From: an uncultured Chloroflexia bacterium
GTDB lineage: Bacteria > Chloroflexota > Limnocylindria > Limnocylindrales > CSP1-4
Length of the DNA stretch: 64,000 bases
Direction: 5' to 3'
NCBI GenBank assembly: GCA_963829295.1
Contig: CAWHHU010000010.1
Span: forward strand, 642,871 to 706,870
Notes under the pieces: generated by a model
The model's input: the letters and a program-made list of their open reading frames with translations, nothing else
Databases searched by the model: none
What the model was told of the DNA's origin: nothing
Program-made: the position numbers and the translations under genes
Part shown: positions 12,422-22,493 of the stretch, one piece after another
How the letters are laid out: every line of letters starts with the position of its first letter
Position numbering within the stretch: position 1 is the stretch's first letter

Positions 12422-13699
12422 GTGTTCGAGGCGTTGCTCAACGCATTCCGGGCGCCGGACCTCCGGCGCCGGATCCTGTTCGTGGCCGGGATCCTGCTGG
12501 TATTCCGGCTGCTGGCCCACGTGCCGGTCCCGGGCATCGACCGCACCCAGCTGGGCAGCTTCCTGAACAACAACGCGATCTTCGGACTGCTGGACCTGTT
12601 CTCGGGCGGCGGCCTGACCAACTTCTCGGTCGTGGCGCTGGGCGTCAACCCGTACATCAACGCCTCGATCATCATGCAGCTCATGACCGGTGTGGTCCCC
12701 TCGCTGCAGGCGCTGCAGCGTGAGGGCGAGTACGGCCGGACGAAGATCAACCAGTACACCCGCTACCTGTCGGTGCCGATGGCGCTGCTCCAGGCGTACG
12801 GCTTCCTGGCCCTGCTCAACGCGAGCGGGGTCCTGTCGACACCGTTCGACCTCGGGAGCTGGGAGACGGTCACCCAGATCGTGACGCTGACGGCCGGCTC
12901 CGTGGTCCTGATGTGGCTGGGCGAGCTGATCACCGAGAAGGGGATCGGAAACGGCGTCAGCTTCATCATCTTCGCCGGCATCGTCAGCCGCGCCCCGGGG
13001 GCTCTGACCGGCTTCCTGGACAACCCGGACCTTTCGCGCCTGGTTCTGCTCGGCCTGCTGGCCGTCGCCGCGGTAGCCGTGATCGTCTACATCCAGGAGG
13101 GCCAGCGCCGGATCCCGATCCAGTACGCGTCGCGAGTCCGCGGCCGCCGGATGTACCAGGGCGGGCAGACATTCCTGCCGCTCCGGGTCAACCAGGCCGG
13201 CGTCATCCCGATCATCTTCGCGGTCAGCATCCTGCTGTTCCCGAGCCAGATCGCGAGCTACTTCACGAGCTCGGCAGGCGTCATCGGAGACGTCGCGCAG
13301 GGCGTCGTCAGCTGGCTCAGCCGCGGGTCGTGGCTGTACGTCTCGCTGTACTTCCTGCTCACGGTCGGGTTCACCTACTTCTACACGGCGTTCACGTTCA
13401 AGCCGGATGAGACCGCCGAGCAGCTGCGCAAGAACGGTGGCTTCATTCCCGGCATCCGTCCCGGGCGCCCGACCCAGGACTACCTGGCCAGGGTGGTGAC
13501 GAGGATCACGGTCGCCGGCGCCCTGTTCCTGGGCGTCGTGGCGGCGGCTCCGCCGTTCATCGCCCTGATCCAGCCCCAGTACTCCAACATCGCCCTCGGT
13601 GGCACGGGCATCCTGATCGTGGTGTCCGTGGTGGTCGAAACGATGAAGCAGCTCGAGGCACAGCTCCTCATCCGCCAGTACGAGGGCTTCATCCGATGA
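12422..13699 (+). CDS. secY: Preprotein translocase subunit SecY
   Basis: 425 aa with 10 predicted TM segments. GTG start. Canonical position after rplO. Confidence 0.95.
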   Translation: MFEALLNAFRAPDLRRRILFVAGILLVFRLLAHVPVPGIDRTQLGSFLNNNAIFGLLDLFSGGGLTNFSVVALGVNPYINASIIMQLMTGVVPSLQALQREGEYGRTKINQYTRYLSVPMALLQAYGFLALLNASGVLSTPFDLGSWETVTQIVTLTAGSVVLMWLGELITEKGIGNGVSFIIFAGIVSRAPGALTGFLDNPDLSRLVLLGLLAVAAVAVIVYIQEGQRRIPIQYASRVRGRRMYQGGQTFLPLRVNQAGVIPIIFAVSILLFPSQIASYFTSSAGVIGDVAQGVVSWLSRGSWLYVSLYFLLTVGFTYFYTAFTFKPDETAEQLRKNGGFIPGIRPGRPTQDYLARVVTRITVAGALFLGVVAAAPPFIALIQPQYSNIALGGTGILIVVSVVVETMKQLEAQLLIRQYEGFIR

Positions 13700-13856
13700 C
13701 GCCCGCCGCCCGGGCTGCCGCTGCGCGCGCCGCGAGCCTCGGGCCGACGGCTCGCGGGCGCATCGCCTCGGCGCCCGGAGGCGGCCAGGACCTGCGCTCG
13801 TTCGCGGGCTCGTCCACGCCGTCACCCCGCACCGCCGTCGGGGCGGCTCGATTGCC

Positions 13857-14546
13857 GTGAACGTGGTCGTTCTTCTCGGCGCGCCGGGCGCCGGGAAGGG
13901 GACCCAGGCACCGCTGCTGTCCGAACGACTTGGCATCCCCGTCATTGCGACGGGCGACCTGTTCCGGGCTGCGGTTCGCGATGGGACGCCGCTCGGTCTC
14001 GAGGCCCGACACTACATGGACGCCGGTCGGCTGGTCCCCGACGAGATCACCGTCCGACTGCTGCTCGACCGACTGGTCAGGCCTGACGCGGCCGACGGGG
14101 TGATCCTCGACGGCTTCCCGCGGACGGGTGTCCAGGCCGAGGCGCTCGACGCGGCGCTCGCCGAGCGTGGATCGGCCGTGTGTGCCGCAGTGCTGGTGGA
14201 CGTGCCCGCCGAGGAGCTCGTGCGCCGAATGTCGGGCCGCTGGGTCTGCCGGGCGTCCGGGCACCCGTACCACGAAGTGTCCAGCCCTCCGCGCGTGGCT
14301 GGTCGCTGCGACCTCGACGGGTCGGAGCTGTACCAGCGCCCGGACGACAAGCCCGAGACCATCCGGGCGCGCATGACCCAGCAGCTGGGGGCGCTCGACG
14401 AGGTCATCGGTCACTACCGCATGGCTGGCCTGCTGCGCACCGTCGACGGGCTGCAATCGATCGAGGACGTCGCGGCGGCGATCGGCGCAGCGCTCGGGGA
14501 TTCCGGGATCGCGCTGGCCGGCACACCTGAGCACCGGGCCCGGTAA
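13857..14546 (+). CDS. adk: Adenylate kinase
   Basis: GAPGAGKGTQ P-loop. The LID region has C...H...C...D, not the full Cys4. GTG start. An unusual 157-nt spacer separates it from secY. Confidence 0.93.
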   Translation: MNVVVLLGAPGAGKGTQAPLLSERLGIPVIATGDLFRAAVRDGTPLGLEARHYMDAGRLVPDEITVRLLLDRLVRPDAADGVILDGFPRTGVQAEALDAALAERGSAVCAAVLVDVPAEELVRRMSGRWVCRASGHPYHEVSSPPRVAGRCDLDGSELYQRPDDKPETIRARMTQQLGALDEVIGHYRMAGLLRTVDGLQSIEDVAAAIGAALGDSGIALAGTPEHRAR

Positions 14547-15334
14547 TGGTCACCCGCAAGTCGCGTGCCGAGATCGCAAAGATGCGATCCGCCGGACGGA
14601 TCGTGGCCGAGGTCCTGGCCCTGATGGAGGAGCACCTGCGCCCGGGGGTCTCCACGGCAGAGCTGGACCGGATCGCCGAGGGCCATATCCGCGCCTCGCA
14701 CGGGATCCCGTCATTTCTGAACTACCTTGGCGGTCGCCGCTACGACCCCCGGGATCCGCACGCCTACCCGGCCTCAACGTGCATCTCGATCGACGAAGAG
14801 ATCGTCCACGGCATCCCCGGCGATCGCGAGATCTGCCTCGGGCAGCTGGTGTCGGTCGACGTGGGCGTGATCTACGACGACTGGCACGGTGATGGCGCGC
14901 GGTCGTTCATCTGCGGTGGACTGGAAGCGGCTGCGCCGCAGGCACGCGCGCTGGTCGAGACGACCCGAATGGCCCTCATGGCCGGGATCCAGGCGGCGGT
15001 GCCCGGCAACCATATCGGCGACATCTCGGCGGCCATCGAGGACGTGGCTGCTCCGCATGGCTACGGCATCATCCGGCAGTACGTCGGCCACGGGATCGGG
15101 ACCTCGATGCACGAGGACCCGCAGGTCCCCAACTTCCGGTCGCGGTCGAAGGGCCTCCAGCTGGCGCCCGGGGTCTGCGTTGCGATCGAGCCCATGCTCA
15201 CCCTGGGTGCCGAGGCAACCGAGACGCTGGCCGACGGCTGGACGGTCGTCACCCGGGACGGGTCGCTGGCCGCCCACTTCGAGCACACGATCGCCGTGAC
15301 GGACGCTGGTCCCGAGATCCTGACCCGTGTCTGA
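14546..15334 (+). CDS. map: Methionine aminopeptidase type I
   Basis: 262 aa, pita-bread fold with metal ligands (D, D, H, E, E) in conserved positions. ATG overlaps the adk stop by 1 nt. Confidence 0.93.
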   Translation: MVTRKSRAEIAKMRSAGRIVAEVLALMEEHLRPGVSTAELDRIAEGHIRASHGIPSFLNYLGGRRYDPRDPHAYPASTCISIDEEIVHGIPGDREICLGQLVSVDVGVIYDDWHGDGARSFICGGLEAAAPQARALVETTRMALMAGIQAAVPGNHIGDISAAIEDVAAPHGYGIIRQYVGHGIGTSMHEDPQVPNFRSRSKGLQLAPGVCVAIEPMLTLGAEATETLADGWTVVTRDGSLAAHFEHTIAVTDAGPEILTRV

Positions 15335-15425
15335 GATCGAGGGCACGAGCATGTGCGGATCCGCGATCTGCCCACCGAGGACCGAGCCGTCTGATGCGCC
15401 GGCGACCTCCTGGGCGGGCGCGGTG

Positions 15426-15454
15426 TTGTGGAAATCGGACGCCTTTGATATCCT
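15426..15454 (+). promoter_or_regulatory. Candidate sigma-70-type promoter for the infA-rpmJ-rpsM-rpsK-rpsD-rpoA-rplQ unit
   Basis: TTGTGG, then a 17-nt spacer, then TATCCT. The patch is locally AT-richer inside the 182-nt map-infA spacer. Confidence 0.3.
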
Positions 15455-15516
15455 CAGCGTTCGTGTGTCGGCCCTGCCGGGCCGGCACTCGTGCTGCAAC
15501 GGACCAGGGAGCTAGG

Positions 15517-15735
15517 TTGCCGAAGAAGGACGCGATTGAAGTCGAAGGGGTCGTCATCGAGCCGCTGCCGAACACGATGTTCGCGGTGGAGCTCGAGAAC
15601 GGTCACCGCGTCCTCGCGCATATCAGCGGCAAGCTCCGGATGAACTTCATCCGGATCCTGCCCGGAGACCGGGTCCGCGTGGAGCTTTCTCCGTACGACC
15701 TCACCCGGGGTCGCATCACCTATCGCTTGAAGTAA
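15517..15735 (+). CDS. infA: Translation initiation factor IF-1
   Basis: TTG start. [51 protein letters not shown] matches IF-1 nearly residue for residue. The upstream part of ORF 15394.. is not IF-1. Confidence 0.9.
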   Translation: MPKKDAIEVEGVVIEPLPNTMFAVELENGHRVLAHISGKLRMNFIRILPGDRVRVELSPYDLTRGRITYRLK

Positions 15736-15747
15736 TCGAGGAACCCG

Positions 15748-15861
15748 GTGAAGGTCAGAGCGTCCGTGAAGGCGCGATGCGACAAATGCAAGGTCATCCG
15801 GCGCCACGGCACCGTGATGGTCATCTGCTCCAACCCCAAGCACAAGCAGCGGCAGGGCTGA
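15748..15861 (+). CDS. rpmJ: 50S ribosomal protein L36 (zinc type, C-x2-C-x12-C-x4-H)
   Basis: GTG start, [37 protein letters not shown], 37 aa. Missing from the ORF track because it is under 60 aa. Confidence 0.9.
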   Translation: MKVRASVKARCDKCKVIRRHGTVMVICSNPKHKQRQG

Positions 15862-15865
15862 CACG

Positions 15866-16237
15866 ATGGCTCGAATCGCCGGCATCGACATCCCGCGCGA
15901 GAAGCGCGTGGAGGTTGCCCTCACCTATATCTACGGGGTCGGGCTGTCGTCCAGCCAGAAGATCCTCAAGCAGACCAACGTCAACCCTGACACCCGGGTC
16001 CGGGACCTGACCGAAGACCAGGTCGCCCGGCTCCGCGAGGTCATCGACCGCAGCTTCAAGGTCGAGGGCGATCTCCGCCGCGAGGTGGCGCTCAACATCA
16101 AGCGTCTGATCGAGATCGGCTCCTACCGCGGCCTGCGCCACCGCCGCAACCTCCCGGTTCGCGGTCAGCGCACCAAGACCAACGCCCGCCAGCGCCGGGG
16201 TCCGAAGAAGACCGTCGGCTCTCGCAGGAAGAAGTGA
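15866..16237 (+). CDS. rpsM: 30S ribosomal protein S13
   Basis: [26 protein letters not shown]... 123 aa. Confidence 0.95.
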   Translation: MARIAGIDIPREKRVEVALTYIYGVGLSSSQKILKQTNVNPDTRVRDLTEDQVARLREVIDRSFKVEGDLRREVALNIKRLIEIGSYRGLRHRRNLPVRGQRTKTNARQRRGPKKTVGSRRKK

Positions 16238-16254
16238 TGAGGAATCGCTAGCGC

Positions 16255-16650
16255 ATGGCCGAACGAAAACGCGCCGTCAAGCAGCGGCGCCGGGAGCGCA
16301 AGAACGTCCCCCAGGGGAACGTCCACATCCAGGCGAGCTTCAACAACACGATCGTGACGATCACGGACCAGACCGGGAACGTCATCGCGTGGGGTTCCGC
16401 GGGCGTCGCCGGCTTCAAAGGCTCCCGGAAGAGCACGCCGTATGCGGCTGCGCTGGCTGCCGACGGTGCTGCCAAGCGCGCGATGGAGCACGGCATGCGC
16501 CAGGTCGAGGTCTACGTCAAGGGCCCCGGTGCCGGCCGCGAGCAGGCGATCCGGTCGCTTCAGGCGGCCGGTCTCGAGGTGAGCGCGATCACCGACGTCA
16601 CCCCCATCCCGCACAACGGCTGCCGCGCGCCCAAGCGGCGCCGCGTCTGA
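16255..16650 (+). CDS. rpsK: 30S ribosomal protein S11
   Basis: 131 aa, canonical S11 core. Confidence 0.95.
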   Translation: MAERKRAVKQRRRERKNVPQGNVHIQASFNNTIVTITDQTGNVIAWGSAGVAGFKGSRKSTPYAAALAADGAAKRAMEHGMRQVEVYVKGPGAGREQAIRSLQAAGLEVSAITDVTPIPHNGCRAPKRRRV

Positions 16651-16663
16651 GCACCGAGAGGCC

Positions 16664-17290
16664 ATGGCCCGTTACACCGATGCCGTCTGCCGGCTGTGCC
16701 GCCGGGAAGGGCTGAAGCTCTTCCTCAAGGGCAGCCGCTGCTACACCAAGAAATGCTCGTTTGAGCGGCGTCCGTCGCCGCCCGGACAGCACGGCGTGCG
16801 TCGCCGCAAGGTCGGCGACTACGGCCTCCAGCTCCGCGAGAAGCAGAAGGTCCGCCGCGTCTACGGGGTGCTCGAGAAGCAGTTCCGCAACTACTACCTC
16901 GAAGCCTCGCGCCATTCGGGCGTCACCGGCGAATACCTGCTCCGGACGCTCGAGCTGCGCTTCGACAACGTGGTGTTCCGGCTGGGCTTTGCACCGTCGC
17001 GGGCAGCTGCCCGCCAGCAGGTGACCCACGGTCACTTCGCGGTCAACGGTGTGCCCACCAACATCCCCTCCTATCGGCTCAAGGTCGGTGACAGGATCGA
17101 GGTCCGGGAAACGCATCGCGGTCGGGAGCTGTTCAAGGTCGTTCGCGAGACCCTGGGATCGCACCAGGCTCCGGACTGGCTGAGCCTCGACCCGGCGAAT
17201 CTCGCTGGCTCCGTCATCGCCCTGCCGCGCCGCGACCAGATGCCGCTCGACTTCAACGAGCAGCTCGTGGTCGAGTACTACTCGAGGTAG
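16664..17290 (+). CDS. rpsD: 30S ribosomal protein S4 (N-terminal Cys4 zinc-finger form)
   Basis: 208 aa. CRLC...C-x5-C in the N-terminal domain. Confidence 0.94.
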   Translation: MARYTDAVCRLCRREGLKLFLKGSRCYTKKCSFERRPSPPGQHGVRRRKVGDYGLQLREKQKVRRVYGVLEKQFRNYYLEASRHSGVTGEYLLRTLELRFDNVVFRLGFAPSRAAARQQVTHGHFAVNGVPTNIPSYRLKVGDRIEVRETHRGRELFKVVRETLGSHQAPDWLSLDPANLAGSVIALPRRDQMPLDFNEQLVVEYYSR

Positions 17291-17299
17291 CCGCCCTCC

Positions 17300-18286
17300 A
17301 TGATCGAACTCGAGACCCCCCAGATCGAGCCCGTCGCGGAGGCTGGCACGTACGCGAAGTACGAGGCCGGCCCGCTGCAGGCGGGCTACGGCGTCACGCT
17401 GGGCAACGCGCTGCGGCGCGTGCTGCTGTCGTCCCTCGAGGGCGCCGCGGTGACGTCGATCCAGGTTCGCGACGTGTACCAGGAGTTCTCGACGATCCCG
17501 GGCGTCAAGGAAGACGTCACCCAGATCGTCCTCAACGTCAAGAAGCTTCGTCTCAAGAGCTTTGCTACCCATCCGGTGCAGCTGCGCCTGATCAAGAGCG
17601 GCGCCGGGCCGCTGATCGCGGCGGATATCGCGGAATCCGCCGATGTCGAGATCGTCAACCCCGAGCTCGTCCTGATGACGATCGACTCGGATGACGTGAC
17701 GATCGAGATGGACCTCACGGTGGAGCGCGGCGTGGGCTACCTCGCCGCCGAGCGGAGCGAGGCGCTGCCGATCGGCGTCATCGCCGTTGATGCGATCTTC
17801 ACCCCGGTCCGGAGGGTCAACTACTGGGTCGAGAGCATGCGGGTGGGTCAGATGACCAACTTCGACAAGCTCACGATCGAGATCGAGACGGACGGCACGC
17901 TCACGCCCGAGGAGGCGCTGTCCCGCTCGGCGGACATCCTGGTCCGCCAGTTCCAGCCGTTCGTGACCGTCGGCGTCCCGGTGGTGGCTCCCGATCGGGC
18001 GACCCCCGGCGTCCCCCAGCTGCCGCCCAACATGCTGGACATGCCGATCGAGGAGCTCGACCTCCCGATGCGGGCCTACAACTCGCTGAAGCGCAACAAC
18101 ATCGTCAAGGTGGGCCAGCTGCTGCAGCTCAAGGACGATGACCTGCTCCGGATGCGCAACTTCGGCAAGAAGTCGCTCGACGAGATGAAGGAGCGACTGC
18201 GCATGCGCGGGTTCATCCTTCCCGACTCCGAGCTCGACGAGACGCTCGACGGCGACGAGCCGTTCGAGGGCGAGGGGGAGGCCTGA
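17300..18286 (+). CDS. rpoA: DNA-directed RNA polymerase subunit alpha
   Basis: 328 aa. NTD dimerisation domain plus CTD (NSLKRNNI...GKKSLDEMK). Confidence 0.95.
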   Translation: MIELETPQIEPVAEAGTYAKYEAGPLQAGYGVTLGNALRRVLLSSLEGAAVTSIQVRDVYQEFSTIPGVKEDVTQIVLNVKKLRLKSFATHPVQLRLIKSGAGPLIAADIAESADVEIVNPELVLMTIDSDDVTIEMDLTVERGVGYLAAERSEALPIGVIAVDAIFTPVRRVNYWVESMRVGQMTNFDKLTIEIETDGTLTPEEALSRSADILVRQFQPFVTVGVPVVAPDRATPGVPQLPPNMLDMPIEELDLPMRAYNSLKRNNIVKVGQLLQLKDDDLLRMRNFGKKSLDEMKERLRMRGFILPDSELDETLDGDEPFEGEGEA

Positions 18287-18289
18287 GCC

Positions 18290-18643
18290 GTGGCCCATCG
18301 GATCGACGGCCGCAAGCTTGCGCGCAAGCACGGGCCTCGCATGGCGCTCTACCGAAACCTGACGGTCTCGGTGCTCCGCTATGAGCGGGTCCGGACGACC
18401 GAGGCGAAGGCCAAGGAGATCCGCGGTCAGGTCGAGCGCATGATCACGCTCGCCAAGCGCGGTGATCTCGCGGCCCGGCGGAGCGTCGTCTCGGAGCTCC
18501 CGAACGAGCCGCTCGTGGTCAGCAAGCTGTTCGACGTGATCGCACCCAAGTATGCCGATCGGCAGTCTGGGTTCACGCGACTGGTTCACATCGGTCAACG
18601 ACGTGGAGACGCGGCGGAGATCGTACAGATCGAGCTGGTCTGA
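18290..18643 (+). CDS. rplQ: 50S ribosomal protein L17
   Basis: GTG start, 117 aa, canonical. Confidence 0.93.
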   Translation: MAHRIDGRKLARKHGPRMALYRNLTVSVLRYERVRTTEAKAKEIRGQVERMITLAKRGDLAARRSVVSELPNEPLVVSKLFDVIAPKYADRQSGFTRLVHIGQRRGDAAEIVQIELV

Positions 18644-18676
18644 GGATCATCGCTGAGCGGCGATCCCGACGATCGG

Positions 18677-19459
18677 ATGCAGCGCTCGAGAGAGCGCGCC
18701 GTGCGCTACCGCGCCCGGTGTGAATACGACGGGACCGAGTTCGGAGGGTTCCAGCTCCAGCCGAACGCTCGAACGGTCCAGGGAGAGCTCGAGACCGCGC
18801 TTCGCCGCCTCTCCGGCGGCGACCGGGTGGCGGTCGATGGGGCGGGACGCACCGATGCGGGTGTCCACGCCGCGGGCCAGGTGATCGCGTTCACCTACCG
18901 CGGCCGGCTGACCGCAACGGAGCTCCAGCGGGCGGTCAACGCCCAGCTGCCGCCGGACGTCGCGGTTCGTGACGTGCGACGGGTCCCGATCGAGTTCCAT
19001 CCTCGCTACGCGGCGCGGTACCGGGAATACCGCTACACCGTCTGGAACGGGCCGCGCAGCCCGCTCCGCGAGCGCCATGCGCTCGGGGTGCGGACCCCAC
19101 TCAACGTTGCCGCGATGGCAGGTGCCGCGTCGGTCCTCGAGGGCCGGCACGACTTCTCGGCCTTCAGTGGCGGGGACCGGTCTCCGGTTCGGGCCGTGCA
19201 TGCGGTCCGGATCCGACAGGATGGTCGCCTGCTGACGATCGACGTCCGGGCGGATGCCTTCCTGCGGGGTCAGGTGCGGCGCATGGTTGCTGCTCTGCTG
19301 GAGGTGGGTCTGGGCAAGATGGATGCTGCGGGCCTTCGGGCGGCCCTGGCCGCTCGGGAGCCGGCGTTGCACGGGGCGGCCGCCCCGGCAAAGGGGCTGT
19401 GCCTCCGGCGCGTCGTCCTCGGACGGCGCACGGTGGCCGACAAGGAAGACGAGGAATGA
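18677..19459 (+). CDS. truA: tRNA pseudouridine(38-40) synthase
   Basis: [12 protein letters not shown] and catalytic-Asp region. An in-frame GTG at 18701 is an alternative start. The 3' end overlaps the rplM start by 4 nt. Confidence 0.88.
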   Translation: MQRSRERAVRYRARCEYDGTEFGGFQLQPNARTVQGELETALRRLSGGDRVAVDGAGRTDAGVHAAGQVIAFTYRGRLTATELQRAVNAQLPPDVAVRDVRRVPIEFHPRYAARYREYRYTVWNGPRSPLRERHALGVRTPLNVAAMAGAASVLEGRHDFSAFSGGDRSPVRAVHAVRIRQDGRLLTIDVRADAFLRGQVRRMVAALLEVGLGKMDAAGLRAALAAREPALHGAAAPAKGLCLRRVVLGRRTVADKEDEE

Positions 19460-19887
19460 GCGCGAAGACCTATACGCCTCGAGAGAGCGAGATCGAGCGA
19501 CGCTGGTACGTCGTCGACGCGACGGACGAGACGCTCGGCCGGCTCGCGACGAGGATCGCGCACGTGCTCGAGGGCAAGCACAAGCCCGCCTACGCGGCCC
19601 ACCTTGACACCGGCGATCACGTCATCGTGCTCAATGCGGCCCGCATCCACGTGACCCGCGACAAGCTTGAATCGAAGCTCTACATCCGGCACAGCGGCTA
19701 CCCGAAAGGGCTCAAGGAGGAGACGCTCGGGCACCTCCTTGCCCGCCGGCCCGAAGAGGTCATCCGTCGGGCCGTCAAGGGCATGCTGCCTCACAATCGC
19801 CTGGGTACCCAGATGCTGCGGAAGCTGAAGGTCTATGCAGGTGCCGATCACCCGCACCAGGCCCAGAAGCCCGAGCCGCTTGCCTGA
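19456..19887 (+). CDS. rplM: 50S ribosomal protein L13
   Basis: ATG at 19456 ([22 protein letters not shown]...). The earlier part of ORF 19399.. is an out-of-frame overlap with truA. Confidence 0.93.
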   Translation: MSAKTYTPRESEIERRWYVVDATDETLGRLATRIAHVLEGKHKPAYAAHLDTGDHVIVLNAARIHVTRDKLESKLYIRHSGYPKGLKEETLGHLLARRPEEVIRRAVKGMLPHNRLGTQMLRKLKVYAGADHPHQAQKPEPLA

Positions 19888-19900
19888 ACGAGGAGCCCTG

Positions 19901-20299
19901 ATGTCGACGCCAGCGTTCTACTGGGGCACCGGCCGCCGCAAGACGGCGGTGGCCCGCGTCCGCCTGATCCCGGGGGAGGGCGAGATGGTCGTGAACGGCC
20001 GCTCACCCGAGGAGCATTTCGGCGGCGTGCTCGCCGAATCAGAGCTGTTCCTCCCGTTCCGGATCACCGGGACGGAGGGACGATTCAACGCGATGATCAA
20101 GGTCGAGGGCGGTGGCATCACCGGCCAGGCCGGGGCGATTCGCCACGGCATCGCCCGGGCGCTGCTCCAGGTGGACCCGGACGCGAACCGTCTCCCGCTC
20201 CGGCAGGCGGGTCTGCTGACCCGTGACCCGCGGATGAAGGAGCGCAAGAAGTACGGGCTCAAGCGGGCCCGGAAGGCGCCCCAGTACACCAAGCGGTAG
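19901..20299 (+). CDS. rpsI: 30S ribosomal protein S9
   Basis: ATG at 19901 ([20 protein letters not shown]...) and C-terminal ...[12 protein letters not shown]. Confidence 0.93.
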   Translation: MSTPAFYWGTGRRKTAVARVRLIPGEGEMVVNGRSPEEHFGGVLAESELFLPFRITGTEGRFNAMIKVEGGGITGQAGAIRHGIARALLQVDPDANRLPLRQAGLLTRDPRMKERKKYGLKRARKAPQYTKR

Positions 20300-20467
20300 C
20301 GCGCCCACCGCGCGGCCCATGCGTGCGTTGCCGGCTCCGGGCCGTCGCTCACGGATGTCGAACGGCGCTCGCTCCGATCCTCGCGGGCGCCTTCGCCTGA
20401 GCCGCCCTCTGGGCGCTCCGGACCCGGCTCGACGCGATGAGCGCTGCCCGTCGCGTAGGCTCAGCGA

Positions 20468-21406
20468 ATGAGCACGACATCGATGCGGGGGCGTGATCTG
20501 GTCTCCGCTGCCGATCTGTCGGCGGACGAGATCGGGCTGCTGTTCGGACGGGCCGCCGAGCTGAAGGCGGAGTTCGCGGCCGACCGCCGGCACGCGGCTC
20601 CGCTGCTCGAAGGCCGCACGCTGGCGATGCTGTTCCAGCGACCCAGCCTTCGGACACGGGTCGCGTTCGAGGCCGGCATGACGCAGCTTGGCGGGCACGC
20701 GATCTACCTTACCGAGGGCATCGTGCTCGGTGGCCGGGAGACCGTTGGCGACGTGGCGCGCAACCTCCAGGTGTTCGTCGACGCGATCATGGCCCGCACC
20801 GGGCCGCATGAGGTGGTGGTCGAGCTGGCGGCGCAGGCGTCGATCCCGGTCATCAACGGTCTCACGATCCGCGAGCATCCATGTCAGGCGCTGGCCGACC
20901 TGTTCACGATCCACGAGCAGCTCGGCGGGCTTCGGGGGGTGTCGCTGGCGTTCGTGGGTGACGGCAACAACGTCTATCACTCGCTGGCGCTGATGGGCGC
21001 CACGATGGGCATGGACATCCGGATCGCCCATCCGCCCGGCTATGGCCCGAGCGAGCGCATCGTCGAGCGTGCCCGGGAGCTGGCGGCGCCCAGCGGCGGT
21101 CGCCTGACGCTCGGCAACGACCCGCGAGAGGCGGTGACCGGCGCCGCCATCGTGTACACCGATGCCTGGACCTCGATGGGTCAGGAGGCCGAGGCGGAGG
21201 AGCGCCGCGACGCGTTCGCCCGCTACCAGGTGAACCAGCGGCTGCTGGCGCTCTCGCCGGAAGCGCTGGTGATGCACTGCCTGCCCGCCCATCGAGGCGA
21301 GGAGATCACGTCCGACGTGATGGATGGGCCGAGGAGCATCATCTTCGCCCAGTCCGAGAATCGGCTGCACGCGCAGAAGGCGCTGCTCGTCGAGCTGCTG
21401 GGCTAG
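20468..21406 (+). CDS. argF: Ornithine carbamoyltransferase
   Basis: STRTR carbamoyl-phosphate motif, HPCQALAD, HCLPAHRGEE. 312 aa. Confidence 0.88.
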   Translation: MSTTSMRGRDLVSAADLSADEIGLLFGRAAELKAEFAADRRHAAPLLEGRTLAMLFQRPSLRTRVAFEAGMTQLGGHAIYLTEGIVLGGRETVGDVARNLQVFVDAIMARTGPHEVVVELAAQASIPVINGLTIREHPCQALADLFTIHEQLGGLRGVSLAFVGDGNNVYHSLALMGATMGMDIRIAHPPGYGPSERIVERARELAAPSGGRLTLGNDPREAVTGAAIVYTDAWTSMGQEAEAEERRDAFARYQVNQRLLALSPEALVMHCLPAHRGEEITSDVMDGPRSIIFAQSENRLHAQKALLVELLG

Positions 21407-21433
21407 GATCGGGATCTCGAGCGGGAGGCGCGG

Positions 21434-22393
21434 ATGGCTGGTGAGCCACTGTACGAGCGCTACAAGGACGCGCTCCGGCGCGGTCACGTCGCCTCGCTCC
21501 AGAGTCGCCTCGGGGATGCGCTGACCGCCTATGCGGAGGCAGCGACCATCGCCCCCGAACGGGCGACACCCCACACCAGCGCCGGCGCGGCCCTGCTCCG
21601 CGCGAAGCGACCGGCGGACGCGCTCGACCAGTACGCGGTGGCCCTGCGGCTTGCATCCCAGGACGAGGCCGCGCTGCTCGGCCGCGCCGAGGCGCTGACG
21701 GCCCTCGACCGCTGGCGGGAGGCTGCCGACGCGTACGATGCCGTCGCGGATGTCCGTGCCGGCGCGGGCAAGCTGGCGGCCGCCGTGGACGCGGCCCGAC
21801 GTGCGCTTGAGCTGGCCGAGGGACGGGAGCGGCGCCGGACGCTAGAGAAGCTGGTGGCCCGGCTGGGCGAGACCGAGCTGGCCCAGCCGGGGCGAGACGT
21901 TCTGGAGCGCGCTCAGCGGGTCCTCGACGGATCTGCAGCCGGCAGCTTTCCGCGACGGAGGGCGGCGACGGCCGCCGCTGGCGAGGCAGTCGCCGGCGCC
22001 GCGACAGGGTCGCCCGAGCCCGCGACTGCCACGCGTCATGCCGTCCTCGACCGCGACCTGCCGGCCGGGACGGACACGGCCGCGCTCGCATTGGCGACGG
22101 AAGGCGCGATCGACGACGATCAGCGCGAGGAGGCGATCGAGAGGCTGCTGGATCTGGCCGCGGCCCAGCGTCGGGACGGATGTCGCGACGCAGCATTCGA
22201 TGCCTGTTATCTCGGCCTGTCGGTCGTGCCCGACCACGTCAGCCTGCACCTGGCCCTGGTCGAGCTGTACGAGGAGCGAGGCTGGCGCTCGTTGGCGGAC
22301 GCGAAGCTGGACCTGCTCGAGCGGCTGGTCGCCCTCGACGGCGACGAGGCAGTGATGGCGGAGGTCGCGGCGGCCCGCGCGTCTCGGGTCTGA
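21434..22393 (+). CDS. TPR-repeat protein
   Basis: 319 aa, Ala/Leu-rich with recognisable 34-residue TPR-like periodicity. No catalytic motif. Confidence 0.6.
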   Translation: MAGEPLYERYKDALRRGHVASLQSRLGDALTAYAEAATIAPERATPHTSAGAALLRAKRPADALDQYAVALRLASQDEAALLGRAEALTALDRWREAADAYDAVADVRAGAGKLAAAVDAARRALELAEGRERRRTLEKLVARLGETELAQPGRDVLERAQRVLDGSAAGSFPRRRAATAAAGEAVAGAATGSPEPATATRHAVLDRDLPAGTDTAALALATEGAIDDDQREEAIERLLDLAAAQRRDGCRDAAFDACYLGLSVVPDHVSLHLALVELYEERGWRSLADAKLDLLERLVALDGDEAVMAEVAAARASRV

Positions 22394-22493
22394 CCTCCGG
22401 GATCGAGGGTCGGGGTGACGACTCGACGCCGCGTCACGTGGTGCCTGCGAGCACCCCGGTTGGAGAGGGACCCGGTGCTACACTCGCCCGAGG

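Noticed and set aside
21339-22196. 285-aa minus ORF (Arg/Pro-rich) antisense to the TPR gene
   Set aside because: Composition-driven artefact. The sense-strand TPR protein has a coherent repeat structure.
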